From a virus (lineage: Duplodnaviria; Caudoviricetes), in the IMG/VR virus record IMGVR_UViG_3300037042_003397, positions 1-62,215 of that record: a stretch of DNA of 62,215 nucleotides; one strand, written 5' to 3'. Below, in pieces: positions 39,101 to 48,816 of the stretch; within the stretch, counting starts at the first letter, position 1; each line of letters begins with the position of its first letter. The position numbers and the translations under genes were made by a program. The notes under the pieces were generated by a model. It searched no databases. It was not told the origin of the DNA and saw only the letters and a list, made by a program, of their open reading frames with translations.

Positions 39101-40386
39101 CCCTGAGAATATATGGTTTTGACCACGGGATCAGCATAGATGACGTGACCCAGGCGATAACCATCGGGGTGGGACCGCTGACCATCGGAACAAAAGCATT
39201 GACGTTGACCGACTCCCTGACGGTGGAAGGTGGTAATGCTGGCGTGTTGCATTTCGATGCGGCGGCAACCCTGACCATCCCTGCAGCGGGAACGGCGGCG
39301 CTGCTAAATCAGGCCAATTCGTTTACACTGAAAAACCCGCTGACCACGATTGCGGAGAGTTGGATTGGGCCATCGGAAACTGCTGGTGTTTACTTCAAGG
39401 CTGCCAATGTCGGCATTGGAACAACGGCTCCACGAGTTAATTTAGATATAAATACAGCAAATGTTGCAAACTACGTATATGCGGGAACAGCCGGGTTTGG
39501 TTCAGCCGCCACAAGTGCGCAAAGCTCACCTAAGAATTGGGCAAATTTTGGATCCGATCATAACGGTGGACTTCTTATCGGGAACAACTTATACATAAAG
39601 AATCATGCGATTTATGTTGCCAATACTCACTCAGCGATAGCTGGTTCCGCAATTCAACTGGCCGGAAACGGATCTTCACTTGGAACAGACTCCATTGTGT
39701 TTTGGACCACACCTTCCGGAGCTGTTACAGCCGATGCCGCCTATGCTCAAACCGCCCCAAGAATGATTATCAATGCCACCGGCAATGTCGGCATCGGGAC
39801 GACGACACCGGTAACTCTAACCGAAATCCAGGGCGGACTGACCACCACAGGCGCAGTCCTAACGCTTTCATCAAAAGAACCGCACACCGTCGTCAATGAT
39901 GTTCTAGGTCGGATCAACTTCCGTGCGGCTCTGGATACGGCTGGCAGTGATGCGATCCTGACAAGTGCCTCCATCGCAGCGGTGGCAGAAGGCACGTTCT
40001 ACGCTTCAGTGAACACGACCAGCCTAGTATTTCAGACAGGCGCTTCCGAAGCGGCGACCACGAAGATGACGCTGACGAGCGGCGGCACGCTGACCGTTAC
40101 CGGCTGGATAAAATCAACCGGACGAAGGCGAGCGGTAGTCACCAAAACAGGTGATTACACCGTAACCGTCAATGATGAGGTTGTAAGGTTCACGACTTCT
40201 TCCACCTGCACGATGCTGGCCGCCACCGCAACCGGTCAGGAATATGAGGTGATAGCAGACGGTTGTACCGTTGTGGTCGATGGGGCCGGAAGCGAAACGA
40301 TCAACGGTGAATTGACCCAAACCCTGACCGATGGCGATGCAATTATCCTTATCGACACGGCAGCGGGCAAATGGAATATCGGGTAA
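39097..40386 (+). CDS. tail fibre protein
   Basis: two NVGIGTTxP repeats; ATG at 39097 coupled to previous stop. Confidence 0.75.
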   Translation: MTLRIYGFDHGISIDDVTQAITIGVGPLTIGTKALTLTDSLTVEGGNAGVLHFDAAATLTIPAAGTAALLNQANSFTLKNPLTTIAESWIGPSETAGVYFKAANVGIGTTAPRVNLDINTANVANYVYAGTAGFGSAATSAQSSPKNWANFGSDHNGGLLIGNNLYIKNHAIYVANTHSAIAGSAIQLAGNGSSLGTDSIVFWTTPSGAVTADAAYAQTAPRMIINATGNVGIGTTTPVTLTEIQGGLTTTGAVLTLSSKEPHTVVNDVLGRINFRAALDTAGSDAILTSASIAAVAEGTFYASVNTTSLVFQTGASEAATTKMTLTSGGTLTVTGWIKSTGRRRAVVTKTGDYTVTVNDEVVRFTTSSTCTMLAATATGQEYEVIADGCTVVVDGAGSETINGELTQTLTDGDAIILIDTAAGKWNIG

Positions 40387-40396
40387 CGGAGGGATT

Positions 40397-41422
40397 ATGA
40401 GCTATATAGCACAAGATTGGTTGCAAAAAGTTGCTTTTGGAGATGTGGCCGGCGTTACGCCGTGGTCTAAACTTGGCTTTAATGCGTCTCTAACCACAAC
40501 GGAAGAGGACATTTGGAGTGCGGGGGGACTTTATGTTTTTCCAACAGCCGCCACAGCGATGGAAGTGGTATCAAGTTCGGCAACGGATAATGATTTAGGG
40601 ACGCAAATTCACAGCGGGGGAGCGACTGATGTTGATGGCACTACGACAACCCTCAAAGTTACTGGCGAAGATTTCTCTACCACGACAGCGGTTGGGGATT
40701 TAATAATTTTAGATAAGGCTGGAACAAGTCCAGAATGGGGATATATCACAGCAGTAACGAGTAATACCGTTCTTACCTGCTCTGGTGGATTTTCAAGTGG
40801 TGGGAGTGGTGCATCACGGACAACCTATCATGTTATAGACGTTTCAGCCACCACTGGTATTCACGCAGTCAGGATTGAATATCTTAATACATCATGGGCT
40901 ACTAAAAGCGAGATTGTCATTCTTGACGGAAATACCGCAGTAGACCTTATCAACTCACCGTACAGGATAAATTCATTACGGGCAATATCCGTGGGCACTA
41001 ACGCTGGTGCAATTGGAAACATCACTCTTGAAGCCAACGGCGCAGGACAGGATTACTCCTATATTACGTTAGGATATACCAGAGCACGAAATTCTGTTTA
41101 TACAGTTCCTGCCGGGAAAACACTTTATATAGTTTCCGGTGAAGTAGGATTTTCGACAACCGATAAATCTGCGGAGTGTGCGAGAATACGACTTAAGGCA
41201 AATGTTGTGGACTCTACTCAGTTTGTGATGGGTGGGGTATTGGGAATAGGATTAGCTACATTCTGGGTGCAGGCAGAGGTGATTACAAGTAATGGATCAG
41301 CGCCCCTGATATTTCCCACTTATCTGAAAATACCGGCACGGGTAGATATTAAGTGCAGTGCGACGGCATCAGGGCCGGGGGCAGTAACCACTATGCTGAG
41401 AGGCTTCTTGGTTACAAATTGA
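40397..41422 (+). CDS. putative virion structural protein
   Basis: GGAGG RBS; Thr/Gly-rich; YTVPAGKTLY motif. Confidence 0.65.
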   Translation: MSYIAQDWLQKVAFGDVAGVTPWSKLGFNASLTTTEEDIWSAGGLYVFPTAATAMEVVSSSATDNDLGTQIHSGGATDVDGTTTTLKVTGEDFSTTTAVGDLIILDKAGTSPEWGYITAVTSNTVLTCSGGFSSGGSGASRTTYHVIDVSATTGIHAVRIEYLNTSWATKSEIVILDGNTAVDLINSPYRINSLRAISVGTNAGAIGNITLEANGAGQDYSYITLGYTRARNSVYTVPAGKTLYIVSGEVGFSTTDKSAECARIRLKANVVDSTQFVMGGVLGIGLATFWVQAEVITSNGSAPLIFPTYLKIPARVDIKCSATASGPGAVTTMLRGFLVTN

Positions 41423-41453
41423 AACAGTTTTGATAGTTAGAATAGGAGAATAA

Positions 41454-41777
41454 ATGACTACACAAGATAACGATTACGTAACACGAGCAAGAGAATATAA
41501 CCGTCAGGTATGGGAAGGTATTCAAAAACTTCTAGCACTTCAGGCGCAGTGGAACGCCCTGGATTACGGGAATACCCTGATTGTTAGTGATGAGGGATTG
41601 ACCGCTGCCGATATTGGGGCCGTGGTGTTCGATGCGGCGAACGCATTTAACGCAGTGCTGGCTACGGGAATTGCTACCAATATGGCCCGTCTATTATATG
41701 CGGACTGGCTACGATCCGCCAAAATAAAGGTTGAAAATGAGCATAATCGGCACAGGGCACGGATTGCAGCGTCATAA
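41454..41777 (+). CDS. hypothetical protein
   Basis: AGGAG RBS, 107 aa. Confidence 0.65.
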   Translation: MTTQDNDYVTRAREYNRQVWEGIQKLLALQAQWNALDYGNTLIVSDEGLTAADIGAVVFDAANAFNAVLATGIATNMARLLYADWLRSAKIKVENEHNRHRARIAAS

Positions 41778-42245
41778 GAGATGTTTCCAGATTAATCCAT
41801 GCAATATATTCTCAATATTTGATCTACTGACGCCATACTCTTTAGCAAGTTTGAATTGAGAATAAATGCGAGGAACATACTTAGCCCTAATTTCTTCGAC
41901 CTGATCGGAGGTAAGAATTGACTTGGGATCATCGTCACCGCGTAGAGTACGCTTTCTACCTTTGCGCATCATATCATCACTATTGTCCTGATAAGTTCCA
42001 AGGAATAAATGATCTGGATTGACGCATTTCCCATTATCGCAGTGATGACAAACAAGCATCCCATCTGGAATTGGGCCTTTGATAAGCGTCCACATCATCC
42101 GGTGGGCCTGCCAATTTTTATGACCGATACTAAAATTACCACGCCCATTTTCCTTAATCCCGCCCAACCAAGGCCAACATTCATTAGGCCCACGCATATC
42201 GACTTTCGCCCAAAATCTAATTTCAACAGGAACAACCTTTCCCAT
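41772..42245 (-). CDS. free-standing HNH homing endonuclease with C-terminal HTH
   Basis: RFWAKV..CWPW..AHR..VCHHCDNGKCVNPDHLFLGT..N; LAKEYGVSRS HTH; extended -10 TGATATAAT at 42278-42286. Confidence 0.92.
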   Translation of the reverse strand: MGKVVPVEIRFWAKVDMRGPNECWPWLGGIKENGRGNFSIGHKNWQAHRMMWTLIKGPIPDGMLVCHHCDNGKCVNPDHLFLGTYQDNSDDMMRKGRKRTLRGDDDPKSILTSDQVEEIRAKYVPRIYSQFKLAKEYGVSRSNIENILHGLIWKHLL

Positions 42246-42299
42246 GACAATCTCCTTGTCTTTCCATAGATATATCTATTATATCACGGAGGTGATACT

Positions 42300-43205
42300 A
42301 TGACCTATACTGTACAAGGTTGCGACATTTCTGTCTGGAACGACGACATCAGCACGCCTCAGCACGTGGATTTTAACAAGATGCTGGCTGCTGGTGCAAA
42401 GTTCGTGTTTATCAAAGCATCTCAAGCGTGTAGGCTAGATCGTGACTACACAATCAACAGCGAGAATGCACGATTGGCAGGGATTCCACGAGGGTTTTAT
42501 CACTACATGGATTGGACAAGATCTGCCGTAGATCAAGCCAGGTTCTTTGCCGGTGTGATTCAGTCCGATCCAGGTGAATTGCCAGCAGTGTTGGATTGCG
42601 AGGAACAGAAAAATGCTCCCGCCGACAGTGCTTCTAAATTCATGGTGTTCTGCCATGAGTATTTCGTTCTAACTGGTAAGCAGGTCATGATTTACACGAG
42701 TAATGGATATTGGGGGGAACATGGATCAACGGATCGCAACTGGCTTGAACATAAATTATGGCTTGCAAATTACCCGTTCTTTCAGCCACCTCCGCCAACG
42801 TACAAGCCTATTATTCCGAAACCATGGACTGAGTACAGGTTTTGGCAATATACGAGCCGAGGTGATGGATATGCCTATGGCGGGGAAGAACCGTACATGG
42901 ATTTGAATGAGTATCCGGGTACGGTTGAAGAAATGAACGCAGAGTTCGGCATCAGTGGATCGATCCCTCCATCTCCGACCGATCCTGTAAATTATTTGAT
43001 CGGAAAGGTTGTGAGTCCAGATGGGCTGTGGCTCCATACGATTCCATCGACTGCCGTAAACACACGGATCAGGGTGATGCCGAAGGGTGAATCGCAGAAG
43101 ATCGTGGATATGAGCGCACCGAAAGAGATGTGGGGAAAGAACGAAAATGGAGAGTGGTTTGCTCTAACTTACGATGGAGTCACACTGATGGAGGTTACAC
43201 CTTGA
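42300..43205 (+). CDS. endolysin, GH25 muramidase with putative C-terminal cell-wall-binding domain
   Basis: GCDISVWN, FVFIKASQ, VLDCE, FWQYT, MDLN. Confidence 0.92.
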   Translation: MTYTVQGCDISVWNDDISTPQHVDFNKMLAAGAKFVFIKASQACRLDRDYTINSENARLAGIPRGFYHYMDWTRSAVDQARFFAGVIQSDPGELPAVLDCEEQKNAPADSASKFMVFCHEYFVLTGKQVMIYTSNGYWGEHGSTDRNWLEHKLWLANYPFFQPPPPTYKPIIPKPWTEYRFWQYTSRGDGYAYGGEEPYMDLNEYPGTVEEMNAEFGISGSIPPSPTDPVNYLIGKVVSPDGLWLHTIPSTAVNTRIRVMPKGESQKIVDMSAPKEMWGKNENGEWFALTYDGVTLMEVTP

Positions 43206-43885
43206 CACCTGAACAAATACACGAACTTATCTCGATAATAGAGCAACATGGATTGTCTCTGGTTGCACTCATTGTGTTAGTTGTATTCGTCCTATGGCCT
43301 TGGGTAAAAGGATGGAAACAACGGGCCGAAAAAGCAGCCGAAACAAATGAAACAATATCGGCTGACAACCTGGAATTGTCTATTGCCGCCGAAGTAGAAA
43401 TCATGAATATCCTTGCAATGGTAGCATCATCCTTAGGTGCTCAATGGGCCGTCTTATGGCAATTTCATAATGGAATCGTGACATCTGCTGAAATCCCATT
43501 TATGAAACTGAGCGTAACCAATGAGTTTGCCGAGGAAGGAAAAAACCTCCGTGGTAGCAACTACCAGGGAATACCAATAAGCGTATTTTTAGATGCGGTA
43601 ATGGAGGTGAAGGATAAAACATTTATTAAAGTGTGTCTGGATAGTCAGTACAAATCAATTGTTAATTCATACAAGGGTGATGGCGTAGAATGCGGGTACC
43701 TGTTTCGAGTAAACGGTATTCGTGGTGCTATGGTGGGAATTTTGTCTGTATCTTTTGACAAACCTTTTGAATTAACTATTGAAAAGATAGAAGAAGCTAA
43801 AGGCATGAGTGCCAGGCTATCTATGGTATTGGCAAGATTAAGTTCAAGTTTATTAAAATATCATCGTAGATCAGATGATAAATAA
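43202..43885 (+). CDS. single-TM protein with GAF-like domain (holin/antiholin candidate)
   Basis: TTG start after GGAGG; one TM; QFHNG..SVTNE..VGILSVSF. Confidence 0.55.
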   Translation: MTPEQIHELISIIEQHGLSLVALIVLVVFVLWPWVKGWKQRAEKAAETNETISADNLELSIAAEVEIMNILAMVASSLGAQWAVLWQFHNGIVTSAEIPFMKLSVTNEFAEEGKNLRGSNYQGIPISVFLDAVMEVKDKTFIKVCLDSQYKSIVNSYKGDGVECGYLFRVNGIRGAMVGILSVSFDKPFELTIEKIEEAKGMSARLSMVLARLSSSLLKYHRRSDDK

Positions 43886-43895
43886 GGATAGCTAA

Positions 43896-44252
43896 ATGAC
43901 AGAAGATCAGATTGTTGACCTAGTAAAACAAATACTTCAAGCGCCTGTACTCATGGGAGCTGCCGGGGCACTTATATCGCTGCTGGCAACTTATCTTCCT
44001 GGATTTCGAGAGTGGTTCGCAGCACTTAGTTCATCTCACAAAGCACTTGGAATGTGGGTTGCGATTACTGTGCTGACGATCCTGGTAGGTGTGTCAAGTT
44101 GGACCAAGTTCGTGGTAATCGTGACGCCGGATAAGTCGGGTGCGATCGTATTGATCTTCACTTATTTCACAACGTTGATTGCTAACCAATCGACCTACAC
44201 GCTGACTAAGGGGTCGCTTCCAGAAAGTGTAAAAATTATCAAAAATAAGTAA
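43896..44252 (+). CDS. holin
   Basis: three hydrophobic helices, ANQSTY, basic C-terminus, next to lysin. Confidence 0.7.
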   Translation: MTEDQIVDLVKQILQAPVLMGAAGALISLLATYLPGFREWFAALSSSHKALGMWVAITVLTILVGVSSWTKFVVIVTPDKSGAIVLIFTYFTTLIANQSTYTLTKGSLPESVKIIKNK

Positions 44253-44254
44253 AA

Positions 44255-44286
44255 TAAAATGCCTACGATAAATCGTAGGCATTTTA
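44255..44286. terminator. bidirectional terminator between convergent arms
   Basis: TAAAATGCCTACGAT/ATCGTAGGCATTTTA inverted repeat. Confidence 0.9.
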
Positions 44287-44289
44287 CTA

Positions 44290-45150
44290 TTAACAGTATT
44301 TTGATAATTCAACGATTGACTCCTTGAGCGTATACCCGGTCATCGCTCCGTAGAAGTCAAATATATCCATCCCCTTTGGATTGTACAAATTGCATCTTCC
44401 GCTTAGACAGGTACACCTATCCATTGTCGTGTCTGCCCTAAAAGATGGATGTTTATCTTCATGTCTAATATCCGGACACCTACCCATCCACCATCTTCCA
44501 TCGCTAGAATTTCTTGCCAATTTCGTGTAGTCAAATACCAGATCAAGTATTCCGATTTTGGATTTGATATATTTGATTGAATAAGATTGATCTTCGTCCA
44601 GTGTATTCCATACACTAGATGGTTTCAGATTTTTAGGTTGTATTTCTTTTTGAATTTCATACGGAAATAATTCATGAAGTGAACTTATTGTAATCACCCT
44701 GGATAAGTTTCCAGTATACACGGCGCCACTTGGGTGTACACTCGGTGGTGAGAGTACGAATGTTCTTTCAGATTTTATGTCAACGCCAGTTTTTAGTTTT
44801 TGGCTATATTCTTTTTCCCTAACTTTAAAGTAGAAGTGAATTCCTCTCGAAGTGATGACCTGGTATGTGGTGTCAAATATCTTCTGCCATGTCCTTTTGA
44901 GTCCATCATACCATTGTTGAAAATAGGCCATATCATCGAAATCGACCACGACCAATCCATTCATGCCACAACAAAGGCCGATATTTCGCCTAATTTTGGT
45001 GTTAAACCATCCATTGACCAAATCCATATCCGGTAATTTTGTATTCCAATTACCCCATTTTACCAATGGTATCTTTGTTCTAAATTTTACTGGAATCGGA
45101 GACACACCAAAATCAATCCAGTACTTTGCGTAATCCATCGTTGTGTTCAT
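44290..45150 (-). CDS. bifunctional primase/polymerase (Prim-Pol) with C-terminal zinc finger
   Basis: NIGLCCG..VVVDFD, TSRGIHFYF, PPSVHPSG; CPDIRHEDKHPSF..C. Confidence 0.9.
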   Translation of the reverse strand: MNTTMDYAKYWIDFGVSPIPVKFRTKIPLVKWGNWNTKLPDMDLVNGWFNTKIRRNIGLCCGMNGLVVVDFDDMAYFQQWYDGLKRTWQKIFDTTYQVITSRGIHFYFKVREKEYSQKLKTGVDIKSERTFVLSPPSVHPSGAVYTGNLSRVITISSLHELFPYEIQKEIQPKNLKPSSVWNTLDEDQSYSIKYIKSKIGILDLVFDYTKLARNSSDGRWWMGRCPDIRHEDKHPSFRADTTMDRCTCLSGRCNLYNPKGMDIFDFYGAMTGYTLKESIVELSKYC

Positions 45151-45295
45151 TAATTTCTACCTTTTTCGTTCTATCAATACTGCCTGGTATGATGATTGCT
45201 ATACTTTGTTCTTTCATTCCATGAAATGTAGATAGGTAGATTTTCTTTTCTTTGATAGCTTTATCCAGAAGTTCATAAAGTTCCTTTAAATTCAT
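45113..45295 (-). CDS. hypothetical protein
   Basis: 60 aa ORF coupled to neighbours. Confidence 0.45.
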   Translation of the reverse strand: MNLKELYELLDKAIKEKKIYLSTFHGMKEQSIAIIIPGSIDRTKKVEINEHNDGLRKVLD

Positions 45296-46946
45296 GAATA
45301 CTCTCCTTGAAGTCTAAAGTATAGTTTCTCATTGAGTACGGATCAATCATTGACCCATCTGCCAATGCAGCCACATTATACATATAACTGCCATCATACT
45401 CCCTTTCTCCACGAATGACACGCCCACATGCCTGCTGAGTGCCACAATGGGCACTCCAAAACGCATACCGCTTTCCTTCTTTTGTGCTCATCCGTAAACT
45501 TTGGAACCGATCAGCAGGATTGCTATGATTTATTCCACCAACAATTGCAAATCTTCCCCTTTCATCTCTCAGGTCAGTTCCAGTTCCTAATCCCTGTAGA
45601 GTGTCGACCATGATCGTACCTGGTTCAGAATCAATAAAGGAATTCAATCTTTCAGATACTCCCATTCCTTCTTTTGTTCTTAATATTCTTAGTGGGAAAT
45701 CTCTTATCAGATAATCTCTCAATGTTTTCACCTTATAATTGCTGCTGGTCAAAACGATCCCACGCCACTTTGGATCGAACATATTAATAAATTGAGTTAT
45801 CGCATTGGCTTGAATTTTATAAAGTGATGGGTTTTTATCGAGATTTACTTTGGTCATTTTCGGAACATCCAAAGAGTAGACCGGTCTTTTCTCAATAGGA
45901 ACCGGATGTGGATATTCAAAGAACTTGAAATCTTCTACTCCCAATTCGCCGAATAGCGGCTGTGGATCTCCAATGGTTGCACTCATCAGCATTACCATTT
46001 TCTTGTTTGCGAATAAAGTGCTGGCAATGTTCTTCGCCGTTAGCGTTCTTATCGAGAATACAAGTTGATTTTGCTTCCGGCAGAACGATCTCCAATCATT
46101 ATCGCCAATCGACTTTGAAGAACATTTATAGAATAAATCTTCTTCTTCAATAATGAGATTGAACAATTTATTCAACGAGTCAAACACCTTCACTGTTTTT
46201 GATCCAGTAGGTGTCATCTTGTCAAACAAGTCTTTATTGGACACTTCATTGATGCATTCCGATAACCACTCAATAATTATTGCCTTAGATTTTCCGTTTA
46301 GAATATCGCCATCTCCGGAAGGTCCATAATCTATTAGCGGGAAAGTTGGAAATCCATACTTTTCTCTTTCCAATTCATCCATCTCGAAACTGGATAATTT
46401 TAGAAGTTGTTCGACTGAGGTATGCGCTTCATCAAATATTAATATTCCATCACGCTCCTTTACTGCGTCGCTCAACGAAGCATACGCATAAGTACATGCC
46501 ATGCGATTAGATTGAAGTGCAATATTTCTAGCAATTTGATAAGGGCAACTATTTGCATCAGGACAATTCTTCATATCCTTAAAGTGACAGTCTGATGCCA
46601 TTGGCATCAGACTGTAGGACGATTTCCATGTATTTACTTTTGTTTTCAACACACATGGATACTCTTGCTTTCCCTTAATAATATCAAGTCCATATCCATT
46701 TTTATATTGATCCAATAGTCCATGATTTTGAACCAATACTGTCGTTTTTGCTAAACTTGACAATGCCTTTGCTACTCCACTCTTTCCAACGCCAACGCAT
46801 AATTGAAAGCCGGCGAACGTTGCTCCAGATGATCCACTTTCAATGAACCCGTTATAAATCTGAGATGCTTTTCTGAAGGCTTGAAATTGAGATGGTCTCC
46901 ATTGCGAATGAGGTAATCCTAATGAGCGAGGGTCTAATGATGGCAT
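45273..46946 (-). CDS. DinG/XPD-like superfamily 2 helicase
   Basis: WRPSQ, GVGKS, DEAH, SAT, QACGRVIR; Cys cluster suggests an FeS site. Confidence 0.85.
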   Translation of the reverse strand: MPSLDPRSLGLPHSQWRPSQFQAFRKASQIYNGFIESGSSGATFAGFQLCVGVGKSGVAKALSSLAKTTVLVQNHGLLDQYKNGYGLDIIKGKQEYPCVLKTKVNTWKSSYSLMPMASDCHFKDMKNCPDANSCPYQIARNIALQSNRMACTYAYASLSDAVKERDGILIFDEAHTSVEQLLKLSSFEMDELEREKYGFPTFPLIDYGPSGDGDILNGKSKAIIIEWLSECINEVSNKDLFDKMTPTGSKTVKVFDSLNKLFNLIIEEEDLFYKCSSKSIGDNDWRSFCRKQNQLVFSIRTLTAKNIASTLFANKKMVMLMSATIGDPQPLFGELGVEDFKFFEYPHPVPIEKRPVYSLDVPKMTKVNLDKNPSLYKIQANAITQFINMFDPKWRGIVLTSSNYKVKTLRDYLIRDFPLRILRTKEGMGVSERLNSFIDSEPGTIMVDTLQGLGTGTDLRDERGRFAIVGGINHSNPADRFQSLRMSTKEGKRYAFWSAHCGTQQACGRVIRGEREYDGSYMYNVAALADGSMIDPYSMRNYTLDFKESIHEFKGTL

Positions 46947-46982
46947 AGCATATCCTTTTGAATTGTATTATCTAAAGTAGAC

Positions 46983-47015
46983 AACAATACCCCACAATCG
47001 GCGTGGGGCATTGTT
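46983..47015 (-). terminator. possible terminator hairpin
   Basis: AACAATGCCCCAC/GTGGGGTATTGTT stem on the minus strand. Confidence 0.5.
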
Positions 47016-47041
47016 ATATATTAATCATAGCACGAGATTGA

Positions 47042-47452
47042 CTAAAATGTTTCTTCTTTTGGCACCAAAATACTTTTGAGGCGTGTGATATTATTGAACA
47101 AATAAGTTGGCTGAAGCGTCATATCGAGAATTATTTGTGCAATTCTATCCAAGTCCTCTCCATCTGTTATCAATTCATTCAGAAGTAAAACGGCCACATT
47201 GATATAAGAACTTGTATATTTTCCTTTTCCGAATTCTACGATTTGCATTGTTCTTTTTAGCGTGTCAGGAGGTAATGTGATTTTTAATGTTACCTTTAAA
47301 TCCTTTCCTGAAAATGTTTTTTTTCTTATTTTTTGCTGGTCAACGTAGATAGATACAAATTCTGCGCTCTGGTTAAATTCTTTTTCCAATTTCACCTGTT
47401 CGTTATTTTTCTTTTCAACCATCCACGACATGTACTTATGCTGTTTTGCCAT
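47042..47452 (-). CDS. hypothetical protein
   Basis: ORF 47042..47530; likely start MAKQHK. Confidence 0.6.
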   Translation of the reverse strand: MAKQHKYMSWMVEKKNNEQVKLEKEFNQSAEFVSIYVDQQKIRKKTFSGKDLKVTLKITLPPDTLKRTMQIVEFGKGKYTSSYINVAVLLLNELITDGEDLDRIAQIILDMTLQPTYLFNNITRLKSILVPKEETF

Positions 47453-47984
47453 TATGTTTACCCTTCGCCTTGATACTTTTCTTAGACTCGGCGACTGCAT
47501 CGTAGAAGTTTTTTCTCCATTCTTTTCCAAGAATTATTGATGCGAATGTCTCGATTGAAATTACAAATAATCCACTAACTCTTTCCTTTGAAAATCCTTC
47601 TTGAATAACGAGTAATGAATTAGCGATCATGAACAAGAATTTATTGATTTCAATTACCGACGCATTATCTTCTAAGTCGCCGAGATAATACCATCTCTTT
47701 TCTTGCTCATCGTATCCATTCTCCACTAATTTTACAATATTCTTACACCCTTGAATGAACGTGTCTACATTTTCACTTTCGTTAGAGGCGATAAACATCC
47801 CATCGGCATACCTCTTTATTTCTATAAACCACGGAGATTCGTTTGCAAAAATGATGAAATCGCATAACATCCTTGATTGAGTTGTCTTCTCGTTCATCAT
47901 TGAGATAATATCAATGACTGCCAATTGTGCCTCGCACGGATTTTTCCATGTGTAATCGTACCCATTACTTTTGTTTATTTGCAT
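47436..47984 (-). CDS. hypothetical protein
   Basis: 182 aa, GAGGT RBS. Confidence 0.7.
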   Translation of the reverse strand: MQINKSNGYDYTWKNPCEAQLAVIDIISMMNEKTTQSRMLCDFIIFANESPWFIEIKRYADGMFIASNESENVDTFIQGCKNIVKLVENGYDEQEKRWYYLGDLEDNASVIEINKFLFMIANSLLVIQEGFSKERVSGLFVISIETFASIILGKEWRKNFYDAVAESKKSIKAKGKHNGKTA

Positions 47985-48725
47985 TTATACCTCACTATTT
48001 AAATTTGAAATTTCCTCAAAAGTTCCAAGATCGTGATATTCACAATTAAGGATAATATTAGCGATCACACTGTATCTCTCTTTTGAGGCTGCAATATTGA
48101 TGATATTTGCAAAATCAAAAATACCATTTTTTACGCAAGTATGAATCAGTTCTGTAAATCGTTGATGCCAGTACATAAATCCCCATACGTATTCCAGCTT
48201 TGTTACTTTTGGCTTATCTACCACATTAACCACTTCTATATTCTTCAGTTCGACCATCCCGAACTTTTCTGGATGATCTGTTTTGAACAGTCCCATAGAC
48301 ACATAATACTCATCTCCCGGAACGGTCATAATATCTGCAAATATATCTATTGGGCTTATGATCGTATCTGCCATACCGAATACTACTCTTTTTCCACTGG
48401 TCAAATGATAAGCAGCGTCAATCGCACTTGCAAGACCTGGTGATGTTGACTTGTAATTACTATCTGGCAAATCTTCTTGAACAACGTAACTTATATTACA
48501 TCCAAATCTTTTTCCACTTCCAAAGTATTTTATCAACTGACTTTTCTCATCATTAATAACAAATACGATATGATTTACTCCAACATACAACATATTTTCA
48601 AGTATGTACTGCGCCACTGGTTTATACTTGTTATCCCTAATGATCGGGTACAATTCTTTCGGAAATGGAATATTAAGTCTTAATCCCTTTCCGGCAGCCG
48701 GTATCAATCCAATAATTTTATCCAT
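47985..48725 (-). CDS. sugar-1-phosphate nucleotidyltransferase (RmlA/GalU-like)
   Basis: GLIPAAGKGLRL..PKELYPI, YVVQ..GLASAI, VVDKP, DLGT. Confidence 0.9.
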   Translation of the reverse strand: MDKIIGLIPAAGKGLRLNIPFPKELYPIIRDNKYKPVAQYILENMLYVGVNHIVFVINDEKSQLIKYFGSGKRFGCNISYVVQEDLPDSNYKSTSPGLASAIDAAYHLTSGKRVVFGMADTIISPIDIFADIMTVPGDEYYVSMGLFKTDHPEKFGMVELKNIEVVNVVDKPKVTKLEYVWGFMYWHQRFTELIHTCVKNGIFDFANIINIAASKERYSVIANIILNCEYHDLGTFEEISNLNSEV

Positions 48726-48816
48726 GTAAAATCCTAATAGTTTTTGTTTGTGGCTGTCAAGTTGGCGCTAGTATGACAATTTAAGGTCTCGTCCTATGAC
48801 CACACCACTTTGTTAT

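Noticed and set aside
35947-41422. Diversity-generating retroelement or invertible tail-fibre switch
   Set aside because: No reverse transcriptase or invertase, and no template/variable repeat pair seen; repeats are ordinary protein-level duplications
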